Shown here one piece after another: positions 45,165 to 51,876 of a stretch of DNA of 51,876 bases; the stretch's first letter is position 1; each line of letters opens with the position of its first letter. Both the position numbers and the translations under genes were made by a program. The notes under the pieces were generated by a model. That model did not search any database. It saw only the letters and a program-made list of their open reading frames with translations, and was not told the origin of the DNA. Source of the stretch: Thelocarpon superellum (taxonomy: Eukaryota); the NCBI GenBank assembly GCA_026025795.1, contig JAPEUG010000085.1, positions 1 through 51,876 of the forward strand, written 5' to 3'.

Positions 45165-48100
45165 GGGCGGAGCGCGGGACAGGCGGAATGATGACGGGGA
45201 AAGGAAGTAGAAGCAGGCTCGAAGAAGAGAGCTCGAGGCAGTGACGATCAGTTTTTCTCATCCACATGTGCAGATCATGATGGCGGAAAACAGATAAACC
45301 AGCGGTGGGGGACGGGGGGGAAAGCAAGACGAGGATCGATGGGTTCAAGTACTCCTTGTACGATGCCGGGGAGGCAGAGATGGGGGTGGTATGTGCGTTA
45401 GAGAACAAGGTTCCGAGCCCGGCGGGAATCATGCAGCGCCTGGTGGCGTCGGCCACTGGTGGGACGGTGCGGGCACGACACAAAAGGGACCGGTAGGCCA
45501 AGGGGAGGATCGAGGGCGACTACCGAGTCCAGGCTTAACGCTGGACGACTCGACGGTGGTCGGGCATGGGTGTGGGAGCCCCGGCGCGGATGAGAGGGCA
45601 GTCCTCCCCCCCCACACACAATCCATGTTCATGCCGGGAACGGTGACGGAGAGGAGGCGGCGCGATGTCCATGGGACGAATCGGGCCAAGGGCCTGGCCC
45701 AAGAAGGTTAGGGGGGGTCAGGGCCCCTGGGGCGGGGAGCCTCTTCAGGCATGAGCTCCGCCCGTTCAGAGCTGTGACGACAAATGCAGTATGCAGGCCG
45801 GTCCCAGGCGGACGGTCCTGAGGAACACAGGACGCCCCGGCCCCGGTTGTGGCGCGTCGGCCAACATCTCCCATCGCCCATCACTTCGCTCATCGGGGGA
45901 TCCGGGGGACCCGGGAGACCCGGAGCAAGGAAGGGAGGGCTGGGGGACGGCGACCGGCACCGCAGCATGACGCATGCGACGACCCCGACGCGACGAGGCT
46001 CGGCGGGTTATTGGAAAGATTTTGGGCGTTAGAGTTATTGGGAGGCGGTCCCTGAACGGCCATTCTCTAATCATGGGCGGGCGACAAGGCAACTGTCTAG
46101 TGACGAGCTCGCGCCTTGACTGGCTTGACGGAGCGACGGCGATCTCCGCCACAACGCTTAACCGTCGCGGTGCCTACGGTGTCTGGGTGCGTGGGCACTG
46201 GGTGGAGCGAGGCCTCGTCCTCGTACCAGTTCAGTACTTCCCACGGTCTACGACGGAGGCTACGGCGAGGTGACGGCCGCATGCCTGGCGTGTGGCAGGC
46301 GCTCCGACGACACCCTCGAGGCGTGAGCGGCGGGCATGAGCATGAGCGTCGGCGGGAGGGACGGCGAGGGAGGGGGCCCGGTAGCGACCGCGCCAGCTGG
46401 ACCGGTTCTGGTGCGCCCAGTTACAGCGCCGTGGTCGAGTGTCGCACTGATGGAGCAAGACAAGCTCCTTGCAAGAGGCCGACCAGCGTGATGGCACCCA
46501 CACCCAGGACGAGTGGATTCTACCAGACGCACGGGAGCCAACCCTGGCCGGTTGGCTAGCGCCGTCGAGGAAGACGAGGGACCAGCCTGGCATGACAATG
46601 CTCATGTCTCGCGATCTCACCGTGGCAGGCGTCGTCGGCAACGACGGGGCGCGCGACGGGGAGGGGGACCGTGGGGGATGGGAGGGGAGAGTCGCGCGAG
46701 CCGCTCTGTCGGGTCGTCCCAGTGGAGCGCAGGAGGGCGCTGGTGTCACGCCGCCCGAATGACAATGCCCTTGGGGCCAGTCGTTCGGCTCTTCGGTCGG
46801 CTGGTCCGTCCGCCCAGCCAGCCCCTCCGCTCCCCAGCGTACCCGTAGCGTGCCCGCGCCCGTACTGGTACCGGCAGCAATGCCGCCCAGCTCCGACGAT
46901 CAATGGACTATGCTCATGGCTTGGTTCGCGCGCGCGCAGGTGGAACAGGTCAGAGACGCTGGGCCGCTGGGGCGCGGGGCCGCCGACGGTCGTCGCTGAA
47001 CTGGTCAAGCACGGCAGATAGAAGTACGGTTGTCATGCACGGGCCCCAGGGCGACGGGTGGGCACGCTCCGACCGGTGGAGAGCACCGACCGAGCCGGCA
47101 CCCACTATTGCTACGACTGCCCACAGGCCGAGCGTTCATGCTGCGGCCGCCGCCGTCGTGGCCGTGGAGGTGGATTGGCGTCATCATCCGTCCGCGTCTG
47201 TCCGAGTCGAGGCAGTGATCGTCTCATCCTAGTCTGGTCATGCAGATGCATTTGGACCGACCAGAACACATGGGAGCTTTCCCATCTGGACCATCGAGAG
47301 ATCGGCCCTCGCCCCTCACTTTCGTCGTCCCGACCACGGGCACGCTTCGGCCTTTGGTCCCCGGCGACGGAGGAAACACGACGACTTCCCGAGGGCGTGG
47401 GTCCACTGCAATGCACGGTGCGCCCGGGCGTGCGCGCGCACAGGGCCTAGGCCAGGCCATGCCTTCGGCTGGGCTGGAACCGAGGGCCCTTGCACGAGGC
47501 AGACTCAGCATGGCTCGCGCGGACAGCGATGCGTCATTCCCCATTCCCGGTCGCATGCATGGATGCGTGGATGCGTGGATGCATATGCTCGACGCATGGG
47601 CGACGGGGCGAGGCCGATGGACCGTGAGCACTGGCACTGGGACGCGGGCACTACAGGAGGTAGGTCCTCGTACCGCACTCGTACTCGTACTCAGATGGTA
47701 CGAGGACGAGAGTGAGGACGACCAGGTCTCTGAATGCGGCGCCTCCAGCATCGATCTAGCGGAAACGGTCGCCAGCAGGCAGCGCAATTCAACGCGCGAG
47801 CGCGCCGCCAACAGCCACTGGCCACTAGCCAGTCCCCCCGCGCCCGCCGGGTGATGAACGGCCGGTGGTGACGGGCGGAGGGCAGGCCTGATCGCCGTCG
47901 TCCGGCCGTTGGTAGCGGTCGGCCGGCAATTGAGGCCATCACCCGCGCGATGCCTGTTCAGGTGGGCTAGCTACGCCACCGTGACCTGTTCGGGCAGCTA
48001 TTGTACGAGGTGAGCCCGCTACCACGGCGATGATTGGCTGAGCGGAAACCAATGAAGTCCCGACCGCTCCAAAGCGGGAAAGGAGCAGAGGCAGGACGTG

Positions 48101-51100
48101 GAAGGCCGCAGCAGGAAGCGCGCGACGGTCGCAAAGCGTAGGCTCCTTCGCTTGTTCCCTTTGTCCCGACCCCTTCGCTACCATCCGTGTCATCCGTGCC
48201 ATCCCTACCCTTTCTCTTCCCACTAACTTCCACCGTCCGTCTCCCCCGTCCCCACAGCTCGCTGTCACTCGCCGCTCTGCTGAGGCGTGGTGCTCGTTCC
48301 TTGACGCTCGTTGGTCGCCATGATTGTTGGCCCTGGTCCAGGGCGGCTCATCGAGAGGCGCTGGTCATAGCGGATCGGCACTTGCCACGGGGGCGTGTTT
48401 TGAAACGACGGCGATGACAGCCGATACGTAGGCCGTGGCATCCGTGGAGAGGGAGAGAGTAGAGTGACGGGGCCGACGGCTCGTCGCTCGTCAGTTCCCC
48501 ACTCCTCCGTCGTCTCCGCTCTCGTGCCCCACGCGAGTTCGCGTCGTCAGCGGGAGCAGGACCAGCAGCCGCTCTCCCTCCGTCCATCAGGGTCGTATCT
48601 TGGATCCCGGACCCGGCAGACGTCCGACGACGTCGGTGGCATGGACGAGGTGGTCGACGGAGTGAAACACAAGCAAGGCAATGGCGACGAGGCCGGTATC
48701 GTGCGGTCGCACCGACATTCTCGGTGGCGATGCGGTGTTCCGGGAGCCAGCTGGGCGGTGCCGTCGGCCCAAGTCATGCATATGCATCCGGGAGAGGCAA
48801 TCGTCCCAACGTCCGCCGCCCGTCGGGGTCGAGCAGCCACACGACGGGCGGCGGGCGGCGGGCGGCGGGCGGATTCGGACCCAGCCAAGCGCGCCAACGC
48901 GGCGCCGGCCGAGGACGGGCCCATGATGGATCCATGGGTACCCGTGGGAAAGGGCGAGGGGGTCTTTGTCATACCTGCCAAGCACAGTTGTCTCAAAGTG
49001 CGTAATGTATCATGCACGGCCGCGGCCGTTGGGTCCGTTGGCCTGGCCGTTACGCTTGCACTCGACGTCTGGCCCGCCGGCGCCACCGACACAACTCGCT
49101 AGATTCTGCCCGATCGGGATTAGCCTTGACCAACCGACCTGTTGAAGGCTGCAGGCTGGTGGTGGACGTCAGTCGACACTACTCGTCCTGCGTCCTCATC
49201 GGTCCTCGTGCCGGTTACGTTGAAAGGAGGCAGTGTCGGACTCGCAAAGGACGAGGCGGGCGGCGAGCGATTCTCTACTCCTGGCTCCGGGCACGGCGTC
49301 GTACGGAGAGGGTGAGAGGGGAGAGGGGTGGAATGCACATGACCGTGGCGATCTACCGAGACGGTACAGGCACCACGGATGCCAAGCATCGTGTCAACAC
49401 GTCCGTCCGTCCACCCACCCGTTCACCTCCCGCGATCACTCGATGCACGCGCGCCCGCCCGCGCTTGAGCATCAACGATGATGCCCGAGTCGAGGGCCAA
49501 GTCATGAGCGCGCGGAGTCGAGGAGGATGAAAGGTGCAAGGAAATAAAGTGGGTCGGCTGGCAGGTCCACGCCACCACGCAGCCAAGGCACGAGACAAGT
49601 CACGACGCACACACACGCGGCCACGCGCCGTACTCTACCTTTCGCCGTCCTTCTCCCCGCTCGTCTCCCTCTCGACGCAGTTCCGGGACAGGGACCTCTC
49701 ACACCGCCCGATGCGGCCGAGGGGGACGCAGGCTAGACCAGGCGTCAACGTCGGAAGGACCCGCACTAAAGCGGAAGAAACGTCGGCCGGGATGGCGCTA
49801 ATTTAGACTCGACCGCCCCAAGGCACACTAGCACGAAGAGTGGAGCCAGATCCGGCCATGCTAGCGCCACCTTGTGACCCGATGCGGGACGACTAGTATG
49901 AGGGCTGTCCCTGACCGGCCTAGCCCTTCCACCAGGCCCCTCGATCCAGCGATGCCACTCCCGAAGCGTCAGTAGACGGTGACGGGGCCCAGCGTCCTGT
50001 CCCTGTTTCTCTTCCCATCCACGTTCACGGCTCTCCCCTTGGCCCTCTTCCATCCCTCCGACCGACGTCGAGACTACGACATCTCACCGCAGCGGAGGCC
50101 GCTAGCGAGCGCCGCCTACCCGCCGGCGGGAGCCGCAGCACCCATCTGACTCAAACACTCCACCCTCCCAGCCACTGTCAGGCATGGGACGCGTCGTAAT
50201 GACGACCCTTCCTCCACGTTAGTGCCACACGGTCTTGTCATTGGAGATGTTTCGTCTTGGCTTGTGTCGACCAGACCGATGGTACGCAGCTAGCCCATCA
50301 CATGTGCCCTGGATATCTTCCCGTAAGATTGGTGGAGCTGGTGGAGGTGTGCTCGTCTGGCGACTTACCTTGCTGCAAGCGCTAGCCAGCGTCATGTTCA
50401 TGGTCATCCTCCACCCTTCGCCTCGAGAGCGGAGCATGCACCATTCGATACCTGCTCCCACGGTACATTGCTAGGGAGCCATCCCGATATAGATGATCCG
50501 ATACAGATTGTGCATGAGGGATGTACGATGAGGTAGTTGGGTCGAGTGCTTCACCTCGTACCTGGAAGCCATCGCCATCATCCGCGTTCACTCTGCCGCC
50601 CACCCACCTACTCGTCGGCTCATACTGTGTGCGGGGACACATTGCATACTGGCACTTCCATCCGTCCACCCGTGCACTCGTTCGTCTGCCCGCTCGTTCG
50701 GGTACATCCGTCGCTCCATTCGCTTGTTCGTTCGTTTGTTCGCTTGTTCGACCGCGTACCGTAGACTGCAGACGGAGCCACAGCTGTGGGCCTGCGGCGT
50801 AGGCGAATACGGTGGAGGCCAAGGGACCACGGAGGCGGTCGGGAAAGCCGCATATGCGTACGTACTCGTCCGGTATGTATTCCCTAACTACCACTACATC
50901 CAAGTTTTTGGGCGTCTCTACGCGCGCATAGATACTGCTAGTATCTAGTAGACAGACGGTACCAGATCGGTACTCCTCCTTCCCGTACGTGCTCGTCCCA
51001 AACGTACGGTACGTATCATCGTAGGAGGAGGTTTGTTCGTAGGTACCATCCGAGTACGATGGAGCAGAGACGTAGGTGGCGGCGACGGCGGCGGCGGCGG

Positions 51101-51876
51101 TGGAAGGTTACGTGCAGGTGGTCGTACGCGGTGAGTGAGGCTTGGGAGTGAGGGTTTGGAGGTCTAGAACTCCGACGACGGGGGCCTTTTCTCTGTCCGT
51201 ACCCAGCTGCCAGGGTCTTGGTCCGGTGCGGGTAGCTGCTTGGCTTCTGATTCTCTTACTCGTACTCCGTTCGTTAGTCACCGCGCGATTGATGCCATAC
51301 TAACATATGCTTACCAAGCTATAGTTACTACGAGTACGAGCACTCTTGCGGGTAAGAAGCCCCTTTTTACTCTGCTATCGGGTGCCTGGTCAATATGTAT
51401 GGTATGGTGGGCCGCCGGCTCCTGCGACCGCCTTCATCATACCACACCTTACCCATGGCCATTGTTCCGTCGCGTGTGGGCGGGAGATGTCCTGAAAGCC
51501 TGGAAGGCTGGAAGGGAGGCGTGAGTGACTGGACCAGGGGGACGTACGCCGCGAATATCGGACTCATCCCAACGGACGATACGAGGATCTGCATCGCAAC
51601 CTCGTCGCCAGAGTATCGTACTCGTCCTCGTCGCGGCTGAGATCTGTCGCAGGGACATTCTCCGCCGGTACCCTGCAGCCAGGAAGCATGGAGAAAAGTC
51701 AGTAGGGCAGGGAACGATAACGATCTAGTTCGTTGGGGATGGGGTCTAGAGATACGAGGAATAAGCACGATGGAGCAAACTGCCCTCATCGTGCAGGACG
51801 GCGGAGCCGCTAGATGCCACCATCACTAGCATACCAGACGAGTTCTGCCCACTCCTTGCCCGCATCGGACGCTAAA
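45165..51876. promoter_or_regulatory. Long non-coding upstream/regulatory region of flbD (>6.7 kb, runs off window end)
   Basis: Only short, compositionally random Arg/Pro/Gly-rich ORFs; scattered microsatellites (e.g. GGGCGGC repeats ~48846-48872); no recognisable domain. Confidence 0.55.

Noticed and set aside
1..51876. tRNA, rRNA, spliceosomal snRNA, TPP riboswitch, transposons, secondary-metabolite cluster
   Set aside because: No diagnostic motifs seen by eye (no cloverleaf with T-loop, no U1/U2/U5/U6 signatures, no RT/transposase/PKS/NRPS); covariance-model searches would be needed to exclude small RNAs.

Overview
GC-rich, intron-containing eukaryotic DNA from a filamentous ascomycete (Pezizomycotina-type GT..CTRAC/CTRAT..YAG introns, mostly 45-140 nt). 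I reconstructed 17 protein-coding loci by hand: VCX1 Ca2+/H+ exchanger, STN1-like OB-fold protein, a frameshifted Cys-rich GPI-anchor-type gene, a SnoaL/NTF2-like protein, a DNAJC9-type J-protein, a Usp-domain protein, mitochondrial RSM7, a single-dsRBD small protein, an IQ+HECT E3 ligase (Hul5/UBE3-like), PAB1, palB/RIM13 calpain, peroxisomal adenine nucleotide carrier (ANT1/PMP47), a Gly-rich secreted protein, a LisH-like/WD40 protein, an NCBP3-like protein, a PHD+Myb-like protein and flbD-type Myb TF, with >6.7 kb of non-coding DNA upstream of flbD. I found no tRNA, rRNA, transposon or CRISPR. This looks like ordinary core-genome sequence and I cannot support a new multi-gene system. The best leads are small-scale: an alternative donor that would insert a 34-aa, 8-Trp segment into the SnoaL-like protein, a 1-nt frameshift in the GPI-type gene, unusual palB splice/uORF features, uORFs on flbD, a perfect promoter palindrome, intergenic GTAC clusters and a hairpin-rich candidate ncRNA. 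All family assignments come from motif recognition, not database searches.
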